This document shows, in pieces, positions 20,355 to 30,215 of a DNA stretch of 64,000 nt. A program made the position numbers and the translations under genes. The stretch's first letter is position 1. Each line of letters starts with the position of its first letter. Source of the DNA: Spirochaetia bacterium (GTDB lineage Bacteria > Spirochaetota > Spirochaetia > SZUA-6 > Bin103); contig CBDBOV010000005.1 of the NCBI GenBank assembly GCA_965208575.1, forward strand, positions 256,001 to 320,000. The letters run 5' to 3'. The notes below the pieces were generated by a model. That model was not told the origin of the DNA. It did not search any database and was given only the letters and a program-made list of their open reading frames with translations.

Positions 20355-21892
20355 CCGAACAGTGGAGCGCCGAGCGCGCCAACGAGTGGTTCGCGTCGAT
20401 CCCGTTGCCGTTCGGCTGCAACTTCCTGCCGAGCACGGCGGTGAACAGCACCGAGATGTGGCAGACCGACACCTTCGACCCCGCCACCATCGAGCGCGAG
20501 CTGCAGTTGGCGGCCGGGCTCGGCTACAACACGGTGCGCGTGTTTCTGCAGTTCATGGTGTGGGAGACCGACCCGGCGGGCCACAACGAGCGCCTGGGGA
20601 CCTTCCTGCGGCTGGCCGACGCCGCCGGCATCACCATGATGCCGATCCTGTTCGACGACTGCCGCTTCGACGACCGCGACCCCTACCCCGGGCGCCAGGA
20701 CGACCCCAAGCCGGGGGTGCACAACAGCCGCTGGACGCCGAGCCCCGGCTACGCCACCGCCGACGACCCGGCGCGCTGGCCGCAACTGGAGGCGTACGTC
20801 AGCGACGTGGTCGGATCCTTCGGCAGCGACCGCCGGGTGCTGGTGTGGGACCTGTACAACGAGCCGGGCGGCGACCGCGCCAAGGAGAGCCTGCCGCTGG
20901 TGGAGGCGGCGTTCCGCTGGGCGCGCGCCGCCGACCCGCGGCAGCCGCTGACCGTGGGCTCCTTCTTCTGGCACGACTACATGACCGAGATCCGGCTGTG
21001 CGGCGAACGCAACTCCGACGTGGTGTCGTTCCACTGCTACGGCAACCTTCAGGAGATGCGCGGGCGCCTCGACGAACTGGCGGCGTACGGCCGCCCGCTG
21101 CTGTGCACCGAGTGGCTGGCCCGTCACCACGGCTCGAAGTTCGCCAGCCACCTGCCGCTGTTCCGTGAACGCAGCGTCGGCACCTACCAGTGGGGCCTGG
21201 CCGCCGGGCGCACCCAGACCTACCTGCACTGGTACACCCGCTACAGCCCGGAGCCGGACGGCGAGCCGCGCCTGTGGCTGCACGACGTGATCCGCCCCGA
21301 CGGCTCATTGTTCGACCCCGCCGAGGCCGCCGCCCTGCGCGACCACGCCGGCTGTGACCTGGCGCCCGAGCCGGTGCCGATGACCGGCGAACTGATGGCC
21401 GACCTGGAGCGGCGCGGGCTGATCATCCGCCTGCGCCCCGGCGGCCACGACCTCGCCGCGCAGCCCGGAGAGACCCTCGGCGAATCGATCTACGAGACCG
21501 CCGACCGCTACGGCCCGCACAAGCTGATCGCCGTGACCGTGAACCGCGCCGAGTTCGCCGCCTTCGGCACCCACCCCGGCAACGAAGAGTTCCTGCTGAT
21601 CGGCAACCCCGACAGCCAGCCGATGTACCTCGCCGTCGCCCTGTGCATGCGCCCCGAGTTCGAGGACAAGGTCAAGACCGGGCGCCTGACCGCCGCCGAC
21701 TTCGTGATGATCGAGTGCCGCTACAACGACCCCGAGGCCAGCTTCTTCGTGATGCGCGCCGGCGTCCCGCACGGCGAGGCGATCGTCCCGGCAGCCGGCA
21801 AGCCCGCCCCCAGCTTCTACGTCACCGAATCCCGCGACCTCCCCCTCGACACCATCGACCTCCGCAAATACCGCCTCCGCGTCGCCCGCTGA
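20351..21892 (+). CDS. GH5-like (clan A) glycoside hydrolase fused to a C-terminal cupin-like domain
   Basis: GCNFLPSTAVN, WDLYNEP acid/base, CTEW nucleophile; extra ~170 aa with THPGNEEF and VPHGE. Confidence 0.82.
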   Translation: MTEQWSAERANEWFASIPLPFGCNFLPSTAVNSTEMWQTDTFDPATIERELQLAAGLGYNTVRVFLQFMVWETDPAGHNERLGTFLRLADAAGITMMPILFDDCRFDDRDPYPGRQDDPKPGVHNSRWTPSPGYATADDPARWPQLEAYVSDVVGSFGSDRRVLVWDLYNEPGGDRAKESLPLVEAAFRWARAADPRQPLTVGSFFWHDYMTEIRLCGERNSDVVSFHCYGNLQEMRGRLDELAAYGRPLLCTEWLARHHGSKFASHLPLFRERSVGTYQWGLAAGRTQTYLHWYTRYSPEPDGEPRLWLHDVIRPDGSLFDPAEAAALRDHAGCDLAPEPVPMTGELMADLERRGLIIRLRPGGHDLAAQPGETLGESIYETADRYGPHKLIAVTVNRAEFAAFGTHPGNEEFLLIGNPDSQPMYLAVALCMRPEFEDKVKTGRLTAADFVMIECRYNDPEASFFVMRAGVPHGEAIVPAAGKPAPSFYVTESRDLPLDTIDLRKYRLRVAR

Positions 21893-21895
21893 GCC

Positions 21896-21977
21896 ATGAC
21901 CAACACCATGACCTGCAAGCGCTACGCGTCCCAGGTCGAGTATGACGACGACGAAATCTTTGCGGGACGGATCGCGG
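21896..21977 (+). pseudogene. Truncated HicB-like antitoxin N-terminus
   Basis: MTNTMTCKRYASQVEYDDDEIFAGRIA resembles the HicB N-terminal pattern, then similarity stops. Confidence 0.65.
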
Positions 21978-22045
21978 TCGCACCCGGCACTGACCTTTGG
22001 TGCAGCCGGTGACGGGGTTCCACGGTCGCCTTGAAACGGTCGCGA

Positions 22046-22266
22046 ACATGGAAAAAAATCGCTGAAAGCTGGGCGCGCCCCTTGACACGATTTTCGGGGC
22101 TCATAGCGGCTCGCCACAGCGCGCGGCGGCCCCTCCGACTGTCCGGAAACGACTTTGCCTCCATTGACGCGGCAGCACCCCGCTGAGCGGCCTGCAGGGC
22201 GTTGTCTCACCGCCACCGAGGACTCGGAGAAATCGGCTATTTTCAATCCCATGGTATACTTACGAT
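22046..22266 (+). other. Conserved non-coding leader of the HNH locus (copy 2)
   Basis: Homologous blocks upstream of copy 1 (4224-4445, minus) and copy 3 (60647-60726, minus); ends TGGTATACT-N6-ATG. Confidence 0.7.
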
Positions 22267-24219
22267 ATGGATGCCGTGACCTCTCCCGCCCTCTGGTCCA
22301 CCGTCGCCGCGCTTCCCGATTACCTCCTGCTGGCGCAGACTCGGCAGCTCGCCCGTCATGAGCAGGCGCTGCAGATCCTGGTGCTCGACCACCTGCGCGA
22401 GATCGAGGCGCGCCGCCTCCACCTGACGCGCGGGTACGGCAGTTTGTTCGACTACGTCGTGCACGAACTGGGCTACACCGCGGCCGCCGCCTGGCGGCGG
22501 ATCAAGGCGATGCGGCTGTGCACCCAGACGGGAGCGGCGCGCGAGCTGCTGCAGGACGGCTCGCTGAACCTGAGCAACGCGGCGCAACTGCAGAACCTGT
22601 TCGAGCGCAGCGACCGCAGCCGCGGCCGCCCGCCGGGCGGTGGCGGTCGCGTTGGCGGCCTGGGCGGTGCGCCGCGCAATGACGGCGAGCCGGGAGCGCA
22701 GGCACCGGGGGAACCGGCACCGATGAGCGCCGGCGGGCGCGATCCGGCGCCACCGGCAGCCGGGCCGGCACCGGCAGCCGGGCCGGTGCTGGATGCGGCG
22801 GCGCGGGAGGAGCTGGTCCGGCAGGCGGCGGGCAAGAGCACGCGCGAAGTGCAGCAGATGCTGGCCGAGGTGGACCCGGAGCTGGCGCAGCCGAGCGACC
22901 GGATGCGCGCGCTCGGAGGCGGACGCTGGGAGCTGAAGGCGGCGGTCGACGCGGAGTGCCGGCACGGGTTGGAGAAGCTGCAGATGCTGCTGTCGCACAC
23001 GGATCCGCACCTGACGCTGGGCGGTCTGGTGGCGCGGCTGGTGCGCGACGGCTTGGACCGCTACGACCCGGAGCAGCCACCGCGCGCGCGGCGCACCGGC
23101 GGGCGCGCGGTGGCCGACGGCGCGCATTCTGCGAGCACGCCGGCGCGGCGCGACACGGAGCCTGTGCAGCGAAACGTGGGGCGCGCGAAGGGGAACGACA
23201 CGGGGTTGGTGGAGCGGAACGTGGCCCGCGCGGAGGGAGGCGGTGTCGAACGCCGGAGCGAAGTCGAGCGGGATGACGCATCGTTCGGGGCGGCGGTTCG
23301 GATTGGCACTGCCCGTCCTTCGGCGGCGAAGCGGGCTGCGGAAGCCGAGCACGGCAGCACGAAGTCGGCGCCGGTGGGAAGCAGCGGCGGGCACTCCACT
23401 TCGCCGGCGAAGCGCCACAGACAAACCGACCCCGGTCGCACTTCGCGGGCCGCACGGCGGGCCGACGGCGGGCGGGCCGCTTCGGCGGCGAAGCGGGATA
23501 CGGAGGCTGACGGCGGCAGCACGAAATCCCCGGCGGTGAAGCGAGCCGGGCAGGACGGGGACGCGCACATCGAGAGAGCGGAGCACCGTGGTGGCGCCGC
23601 CGCTTCGGCGCCGGGACGCCGTCACGAGGCAGAGCGCTCATGCGTGCAACAGACCGCGATGCGTGGCAACGGCGGACGTACTGCTTCGGTGACGAAGCGG
23701 CAAGGGCGAGCCGGCGGCGACGGTCGGGGCGCGGCGGAACCGCAACTCGATGCCGGCGAGCGCAACGCGTTGTGGGCGCCGGTGCGCACCGATGACGAAG
23801 GCGACCACTGCGCCGGCCCGCGGGATGCCGGTGAACGCAACGCGTTGTCGGCACCGGTGCGGGATCGCCACTGGTTTAGTTCGGCAGCGAAGCGGCTGGC
23901 GCATGCCGCCGGGCATGGCGCGGTGGGGCCGGCGGAGCGTTCGCCGGCCCTGGAGCGGCACCTCGCCGCGTTGCGCTGCTGCGGCGCGGTGCCGGGCTCC
24001 CGGTCACGGTACATCCCGGCCGCCGTGAGGCGGGAGGTGTGGCGCCGCGACCACGGTTGTTGCAGCTATGTCGACCGCCACAGCGGGCGGCGCTGCGGCT
24101 CCGTCTATCGGCTGGAGATCGACCACATCGTGCCGTTCGCGTTCGGCGGCGCCAACGAGCTGTCGAACCTCAGGCTTCGGTGCGCTGCGCATCACAAGTT
24201 GCGCCACGCTCAGCCCTAG
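22267..24219 (+). CDS. HNH endonuclease with DUF222-like N-terminal domain (copy 2)
   Basis: Same three conserved blocks as 1812-4223; RYIPAAVRREVWRRD..C..C..EIDHIVP..GG..NL..C..HH. Confidence 0.88.
   Translation: MDAVTSPALWSTVAALPDYLLLAQTRQLARHEQALQILVLDHLREIEARRLHLTRGYGSLFDYVVHELGYTAAAAWRRIKAMRLCTQTGAARELLQDGSLNLSNAAQLQNLFERSDRSRGRPPGGGGRVGGLGGAPRNDGEPGAQAPGEPAPMSAGGRDPAPPAAGPAPAAGPVLDAAAREELVRQAAGKSTREVQQMLAEVDPELAQPSDRMRALGGGRWELKAAVDAECRHGLEKLQMLLSHTDPHLTLGGLVARLVRDGLDRYDPEQPPRARRTGGRAVADGAHSASTPARRDTEPVQRNVGRAKGNDTGLVERNVARAEGGGVERRSEVERDDASFGAAVRIGTARPSAAKRAAEAEHGSTKSAPVGSSGGHSTSPAKRHRQTDPGRTSRAARRADGGRAASAAKRDTEADGGSTKSPAVKRAGQDGDAHIERAEHRGGAAASAPGRRHEAERSCVQQTAMRGNGGRTASVTKRQGRAGGDGRGAAEPQLDAGERNALWAPVRTDDEGDHCAGPRDAGERNALSAPVRDRHWFSSAAKRLAHAAGHGAVGPAERSPALERHLAALRCCGAVPGSRSRYIPAAVRREVWRRDHGCCSYVDRHSGRRCGSVYRLEIDHIVPFAFGGANELSNLRLRCAAHHKLRHAQP
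23318..23892. repeat. Dispersed in-frame CTTCG-N4-CGAAG palindromes, often at 81-bp spacing
   Basis: Copies at 23318, 23399, 23480, 23603 (degenerate), 23684, 23879. Confidence 0.75.
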
Positions 24220-24286
24220 CGTTGTCCAGGGCGCACGATCACGTTAAGGTCGGTGCCCGACGATCTTGAGTGATCAAGGAGAACTG

Positions 24287-25417
24287 ATGGCCGAATCGCA
24301 TCCCCCGTTGGCGGGGGTGCCGCAGTCCGTGAGGATCAGGTGGTATCGGAGCCCGGTGGATCGGGAGGTGCTCAAGGGGCTGGTGGAGCGGAGCGACCTG
24401 CAGGGGGCGTTGCAGGCGGTGGGGCACCTGGCGCTGGCGGCGGTTACGGGCACGCTCGTTTATCTTTGCTATTCGTATCAGGTCTGGGTGGGGTTCGCCG
24501 CGGCGCTGTTTTGCCATGGGACGGTTTGTTCGTTTTTCATGCTGGCGGGGCATGAGCTTGGGCATGGCACGGTGTTCAGGACGAAGTGGCTGAATCGGCT
24601 GTTCCTGGTGGTGTACAGCCTGCTCTCCTGGCACAACTACCACGACTTCGCGGTCAGCCACACCTACCACCACCGTTACACGCTGCACCCGGAGGCGGAC
24701 CGGGAGGTGGAACTGCCCAAGACGCCGTCGTTGCGCGCGCTCTACCTGCTGCAGTTGTTCACGATCAACCTGTTTGGCGGATTCGAGTCTCAACCGCTGC
24801 TGCCGGCGGTCAGGCTGACTCTGAGAAACGCATTCCGCAGGCCGTTTCTTCACCAGTGGCCGGAGGACCTGTACGAAGCGCATCCGGAGTACCGGGACAA
24901 GTCGGTGCGGTTCTCCCGGATCACGCTGCTATTCCACGCGGCTGTGTTGGGCGTCTCGATTGCCACCGGCTACTGGCTTGTCGGGGTGCTGGTGAGCTGC
25001 TCGTTCTGTGTCGCGAACTGGCTGCGCTACCTGGTCGGCGTGCCGATGCACTGCGGCTTGAGGGACAACGTGGCCGACTTCAGGAAGTGCGTGCGGACGA
25101 TCAGGCTGGACCCGGTGTCGGAGTTCCTGTATTGGCGGATGAACTGGCACATGGAGCATCACATGTATGCCGGCGTGCCCTGCTACCACCTCAGCAAGCT
25201 GCACGCCGTGATCAAGAGCGATGTTCCGGCGTGCCGCTCCCTGCTGGGCGCGTGGCGAGAGATGCGCGCGATATGGAAGCGGCAGCAGGTGGAGCCGGGC
25301 TACCAGTTCGATACGCCCCTTCCACGCGGAGCCGGCCTCCCAAATGACGCGGGAAAACAGGAGACGGGTGAGCTCGGCAGCTCAATAGCGGACTTGGCGC
25401 TTCACGAAGCGCGGTAG
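24287..25417 (+). CDS. Membrane fatty acid desaturase family protein
   Basis: His boxes HELGH, HTYHH, HMEHH. Confidence 0.9.
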   Translation: MAESHPPLAGVPQSVRIRWYRSPVDREVLKGLVERSDLQGALQAVGHLALAAVTGTLVYLCYSYQVWVGFAAALFCHGTVCSFFMLAGHELGHGTVFRTKWLNRLFLVVYSLLSWHNYHDFAVSHTYHHRYTLHPEADREVELPKTPSLRALYLLQLFTINLFGGFESQPLLPAVRLTLRNAFRRPFLHQWPEDLYEAHPEYRDKSVRFSRITLLFHAAVLGVSIATGYWLVGVLVSCSFCVANWLRYLVGVPMHCGLRDNVADFRKCVRTIRLDPVSEFLYWRMNWHMEHHMYAGVPCYHLSKLHAVIKSDVPACRSLLGAWREMRAIWKRQQVEPGYQFDTPLPRGAGLPNDAGKQETGELGSSIADLALHEAR

Positions 25418-25494
25418 TCCCCGCCTCGTCGGCGAAGGCCCATGACGACGGCTCTTGAGACCTGCTCATCCGTGAAGAACCGGACTCTCGCCAG
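25402..25494 (-). pseudogene. Truncated DUF5615-like PIN toxin N-terminus
   Basis: ARVRFFTDEQVSRAVVMGLRRRG directly downstream of the displaced DUF433 tail. Confidence 0.65.
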
Positions 25495-25550
25495 GTCTGG
25501 TCTGATCGAGGAGTTTCTCGGCGAGCTTCGACACGTTTTCCTTCCGTAAG

Positions 25551-27527
25551 CCGAGGTTTGAGAGGCCGTTCTTGTAACTGTTTCCTATTACAGGAATTAG
25601 CGTGTTCATGGGTGTAAATCGTGTCCATGTAAATAGTCCTGTGGTTCAGCGTTAATTTTCTCTCATCTGGTTGATATGTAATTATTAAATGATCTACCAT
25701 TCCCTCCGTAGGGTGCCCATGTACATCGACACCGTCCCCAACCGCAACTCTCCCCCGGCCGTCCTCCTCCGCGAGTCCTTCCGCCAGCACGGCAAGGTCA
25801 AAAAACGCACCATCGCCAACCTCTCCAAGTGGCCCGATCACCTCGTCGAGGGTTTGCGCGTCCTCCTCAACGGCGGTATCGCTCTGCGCTCTCCCAACGA
25901 ACTGCTCTCCATCTTGCGCAGCTATCCCCACGGCCACGTCGCCGCCGTCCTCGGTTCCCTCCGCAAGCTCTCCCTCCATTCCCTCGTCGCTCGTCCCGCC
26001 TCCCGTGAACGCGACCTGGTCGTCGCCATGATCGTCGCTCGCGTCGTCGACGCTCGCTCCAAACTCGCCACCGCTCGCGGCCTGAACCCCGAAAGCGCCG
26101 TCTCCTCCCTCGGCCACCTGCTGCAGTTGGGAGCCGTCGACGAGAATGAGCTGTATGCCGCCATGGATTGGCTGCTCGCTCGCCAGCACGGCATCGAGCA
26201 GCGCTTGGCCAAGCGCCATCTGCATGACAACACGCTCATGTTGTACGACCTGACTTCCAGTTACTTCGAGGGACACACCTGCCCGTTGGCGCGCCGCGGT
26301 CACAGCCGCGACGGCAAACGCGGCACCTTGCAGATCGTGTTCGGCCTGCTGTGTACCGCAGACGGCTGTCCCATCGCCGTCGAGGTATTCGAGGGCTCCA
26401 CCAGTGACCCCAAGACGGTCGCCGCTCAGGTCGACAAGATTCGCAACCGTTTCGGCTTGCAGCGCGTCGTGCTGGTCGGCGACCGCGGCATGCTCACCGG
26501 CGCGCGCATCCGCGAGGACCTGCAGGGGATCGACGGCCTGCGCTGGATCACGACCCTGCGGGCGCCCACCATCCGCAAGCTGATCGAGGCCGGCGAAGTG
26601 GCGCAGACCATGTTCGACGAGCGTGACCTGGCGGAGATCAGCTCACCCGAGTTCCCCGGCGAGCGGCTGATCGTGTGCCGCAACCCGATCCTGGCCGAGC
26701 AACGGCAGCGCAAGAGGCAGAAGTTGCTGGCCTCCACGGAGGAGGAACTGACGCCGATCGTGACGGCCACGCAGCGCGCCAAAAAGCCGCTGCGCGGCGC
26801 CGCCGCGATCGGCCTGCGGGTGGGCAAGGTGATCAACCACTACAAGGTGGGCAAGCATTTCACCACCACCATCACCGACGACTCGTTCTCGTTCGTGCGT
26901 GACCTGGACAAGATCGCGGCCGAGGAAGAACTGGACGGGCTCTACATCGTGCGCTCCAACGTGGAGCCGGAGCTGTTCGACGCCGAGCAGACGGTGACGG
27001 CGTACAAGGATCTGGCCAAGGTGGAGCGCGCCTTCCGCAGCATGAAAACGGTGGATCTGAAGGTGCGACCGATCTATCACCGCAGTGCTGACCGGGTGCG
27101 GGCGCACGTGTTCCTGTGCATGCTGGCCTACTACGTGGAGTGGCACATGCGCAGCAAGCTGGCGCCGGTGCTGTTCGACGACCACGACCGCGCCGCCGGC
27201 GAGGCGCTGCGCGAGTCGGTGGTGCAACCGGCGGAACGCTCACCGGCCGCACACCGGAAGGCGGCGAGCAAGCGTACCGACGACGGTCTGCCGGTGCACA
27301 GCTTTCGCAGCCTGATGAGCGAGTTGGGGACGCTGACGGCCAACCGCGTGCGGATAGTGGATAGCGGCGCCACGTTCACCATGCACAGCGAACCGACCGC
27401 GCTGCAGCAGCGCTGTTTCGATCTCCTGGAGGTCAGCGCCCAAGTGTAGCCAGTAACGGACATCGGCTGTTGAGCGCAATTTTCAGATCAATAACGAATT
27501 AACAAGATTCCCGCTCTGGAACTTCGG
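25551..27527 (+). mobile_element. IS1634-family insertion sequence
   Basis: Imperfect TIRs CCGAGGTTTGAGAG / CTCTGGAACTTCGG; 6-bp direct repeat CGTAAG at 25545-25550 and 27528-27533. Confidence 0.9.
25719..27449 (+). CDS. IS1634-family DDE transposase
   Basis: MYIDTVPNRNSPPAVLLRES, LYDLTSSYFEG, VGDRGM, VERAFR, RVRAHVFLC. Confidence 0.93.
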   Translation: MYIDTVPNRNSPPAVLLRESFRQHGKVKKRTIANLSKWPDHLVEGLRVLLNGGIALRSPNELLSILRSYPHGHVAAVLGSLRKLSLHSLVARPASRERDLVVAMIVARVVDARSKLATARGLNPESAVSSLGHLLQLGAVDENELYAAMDWLLARQHGIEQRLAKRHLHDNTLMLYDLTSSYFEGHTCPLARRGHSRDGKRGTLQIVFGLLCTADGCPIAVEVFEGSTSDPKTVAAQVDKIRNRFGLQRVVLVGDRGMLTGARIREDLQGIDGLRWITTLRAPTIRKLIEAGEVAQTMFDERDLAEISSPEFPGERLIVCRNPILAEQRQRKRQKLLASTEEELTPIVTATQRAKKPLRGAAAIGLRVGKVINHYKVGKHFTTTITDDSFSFVRDLDKIAAEEELDGLYIVRSNVEPELFDAEQTVTAYKDLAKVERAFRSMKTVDLKVRPIYHRSADRVRAHVFLCMLAYYVEWHMRSKLAPVLFDDHDRAAGEALRESVVQPAERSPAAHRKAASKRTDDGLPVHSFRSLMSELGTLTANRVRIVDSGATFTMHSEPTALQQRCFDLLEVSAQV

Positions 27528-27787
27528 CGTAAGACAGCGATCAGCGCTCTGCTCTCTGCGATCCACTCCTCGATCTCCGCACGATGATCAAAGTAGTAAG
27601 CCAAGGCTGCGTGGACGTCGGCCAGCGTCAGGTCGTACTCCGTGGCGATATCATCCGGGCTCTTGCCGAGGCGTTCGTACCAGATGGCGATGTTCGCCAC
27701 CGTGATGCGGCGGCCGGCGATCCGAGGCTTGCCGCCGCAAACGCCCGGCGTGATCGCGATGTGCTGATTCAACGTCTCCGCAGTCAT
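27488..27787 (-). CDS. DUF433-family antitoxin, native C-terminus displaced by IS1634
   Basis: TPGVCGGKPRIAGRRITV..EYDLTLADVHAALAYYFDH; native tail at 25466-25550. Confidence 0.88.
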   Translation of the reverse strand: MTAETLNQHIAITPGVCGGKPRIAGRRITVANIAIWYERLGKSPDDIATEYDLTLADVHAALAYYFDHRAEIEEWIAESRALIAVLRRSSRAGILLIRY

Positions 27788-28053
27788 GCATCCACCTCCA
27801 TATTAGTGCCGGCCAAGCACCGGGTGAAGCGGTTCTGCCCAGCGGCACACCCGTGGCCATCGCCAATTCTCGTGTTGGGTCTTCCCGCCACGGAGAGTAG
27901 CTCGATGCCAACCGTCGAGCAACGCAGTCCGGCTACTGCAAGGCCAGACACCGCCCTCACTATAGAGCAGGGCGACCGTCCCCCGGTCGCGTTCCCGCAG
28001 AAGGCCACCACCTGTTACGCGCTTCGTCCGCGGACCCGTAGGCTGTGGCGGCC

Positions 28054-29403
28054 TCAAGCCGACGTGATCCTCAAACGGGCGATTGTCACGCCGATGCCGA
28101 CCGCCAGCGGCAGCAGGGCAAGCAGCAGCAGGGCGCCCACCCGCGGGGATCCGTCCAGCACCCGGATGCGGCGCGTCGCGCCGGCGACGATGGCGTCCCG
28201 GCCGTCGACCAGCGCGACCCGAAGGCGGGCGCCGTGGCGGTCCAGGTCGATGTGAAACGCTTGCAGGCTCGGCTGGCGGTCGACGTGCGCGCTCTCGGGG
28301 TCGAACGGGACGATGCGATAGCCGTGTGAGGCGGTCCGCTCCTGCTCCACGAACCAGGGAAGCTTGTCGATGATCGCGATGCGCCGACCCGCGTCCAGAA
28401 CGACCATCCGCAGGCCGGGGATCTCCTGGACGAAGACATGCCTTCGCAATCCGGGACTGCCCCGGGCGTCGTTGCGCAGCAGCTTTTGGTAGTACAGGTC
28501 GATGAGCTCGTGCTGATGGTACGCTACCAGGTAGAGGTCGCTGGAGCCGTCGACGTAGACGACCGAGTGCCGGGAGTTCGACTCGACGGGGCGGTTCCAC
28601 TTGTCCCCCGGGATCACCTCGTAGCCGACCGTGGGCTCGCCGAATCGTCCGAAAGCCACGACCTCCTTTTCGGATCCTTCCAGTACCTTTCCGTCGCCCC
28701 TGACCAGCCGCGTCCGGTAGCGGCCGGGCGGGAGATTCACCACGAACGCGCGGTCGACGCGAACCGGGGCCGCGGCGTACTCCTCCGGGAACTCGGGCGC
28801 GGTGGGAGCGACAAGCCCGCCCAGCACTTCTTCCAACCTGGCGATGTCGCCGCCTGTCTGCTTCTGTTGTTCGATTCGTCTCTCCAGCTCGCCCACCATG
28901 TACTGGTAGGTGGCGCGATCGAGCCGGTAGGCATCCAGGCCTTCCCGATAGGCGCGGAGCCTCTCCGTGTAGTCGGAGTACACGCGGTGAGCTTCAGGCC
29001 CGGTGGCGGTGCGCCAGCGGGCTGCGCCGTCGCCGCGCAGGTTGTAGTAGGTGTAGTCCTCCATCGAGAAAGACTGCGCCGCGCCGCCTTGTCGCGATAT
29101 TTCGAGGATTCCATCCACGGTCGCGTCGAGGAGCGTGGTGTCGGTGTGCAGCGCATCGTCTGCGGGGCGGTAGAACACGAAGGTCTTGCGGAGCGAAGGG
29201 AAGTTGTCGGTGTCCGCCAGCAGGTAGATGGTGTCGGAGGACTCGGCGCTGAAGGTGCGGGAGTAGCCGCTGCCGTTGAATACGACCAGCGAGTGGATGA
29301 GCTGCTCTTCGCGGTCGTGGCTGTCTCCATGGGCGACGGTTACCGCCACGGTTGCGAACGCGGCGAGCAGAGCCGCGTACCGGTTGGCAGTCCCCGGCTT
29401 CAC
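28054..29403 (-). CDS. Exported membrane-anchored hypothetical protein with central coiled coil
   Basis: Signal peptide, C-terminal TM helix, translationally coupled to the upstream gene. Confidence 0.75.
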   Translation of the reverse strand: MKPGTANRYAALLAAFATVAVTVAHGDSHDREEQLIHSLVVFNGSGYSRTFSAESSDTIYLLADTDNFPSLRKTFVFYRPADDALHTDTTLLDATVDGILEISRQGGAAQSFSMEDYTYYNLRGDGAARWRTATGPEAHRVYSDYTERLRAYREGLDAYRLDRATYQYMVGELERRIEQQKQTGGDIARLEEVLGGLVAPTAPEFPEEYAAAPVRVDRAFVVNLPPGRYRTRLVRGDGKVLEGSEKEVVAFGRFGEPTVGYEVIPGDKWNRPVESNSRHSVVYVDGSSDLYLVAYHQHELIDLYYQKLLRNDARGSPGLRRHVFVQEIPGLRMVVLDAGRRIAIIDKLPWFVEQERTASHGYRIVPFDPESAHVDRQPSLQAFHIDLDRHGARLRVALVDGRDAIVAGATRRIRVLDGSPRVGALLLLALLPLAVGIGVTIARLRITSA

Positions 29404-30215
29404 GGTCGGCGCAGGTTCCACGAAGTGTGCACGTAGGAGTCGAACCGGTCGGCGTACCGGGCCAGGTATGCCGGCAGCGAAGCCGGCTCGCGGTCGGTCC
29501 ACGCGGCGGTCACGATGGCCGCCACCTCATCGCGCTCGATGGCGAGCGGATCGGGGACGATCACGAGATAGTCGATCACCAGCGGCGCGCCGCCGCGGGC
29601 CTCGATCTGTTCGAGGGGAATGCGCGCGCGATAGCGCGCCAGCGCCTTCCGGGATTGGTCCCAACTCCACTCGATCTCCCCGGCAAACAGGGTTTCGCCG
29701 CGGGTCGCGCCGGGCAGTTGGGTCGAAATACGCGCGCCGATCCACAGGTCGAGCGCCGGGTGGTTGACGACCGCCGGTCCCTGGCTGGTGAGCGGCCAGA
29801 AGGTAGCGTACAGCTCCGATTCCGAGAGGTCTTCCGACACCATGAAGCGTGACAGGCCGGGAATCTGCAGTCCGGTCATGTCGATCGGCTCGTCGATCCG
29901 GTTGCTGCCGCGCCGCAGCGTGACCGGCACGCTCACGGGCTGGTAGTCGGGCGCCGACACCTCCAGCGTCGCCTCCCCGGGGCCGAGCCGCGAGAACACC
30001 AGCGTATCTCCGTCTCCGGCGTACCAGGTGCGCAGGAACCGGTCCTGGAGCGTGACGGTGGCGTTCCAGACCGCGCCCGTGCTGACCCGATCCCTGATGC
30101 GAAACTCCAGCGTTGTTTCGAACGGTGCCGCGGAGCCAAGCGCGACCAGCCCGGCAATCGCGCCCGCGGCCGCAACCGCAACGGCGGCCACCACCCAGAT
30201 TCGAACCCGGCCCAT
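29400..30215 (-). CDS. Membrane-anchored protein with carboxypeptidase-regulatory-like beta-sandwich
   Basis: N-terminal TM; LGPGEATLEVSAPDYQP pattern; coupled to the permease stop. Confidence 0.72.
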   Translation of the reverse strand: MGRVRIWVVAAVAVAAAGAIAGLVALGSAAPFETTLEFRIRDRVSTGAVWNATVTLQDRFLRTWYAGDGDTLVFSRLGPGEATLEVSAPDYQPVSVPVTLRRGSNRIDEPIDMTGLQIPGLSRFMVSEDLSESELYATFWPLTSQGPAVVNHPALDLWIGARISTQLPGATRGETLFAGEIEWSWDQSRKALARYRARIPLEQIEARGGAPLVIDYLVIVPDPLAIERDEVAAIVTAAWTDREPASLPAYLARYADRFDSYVHTSWNLRRP

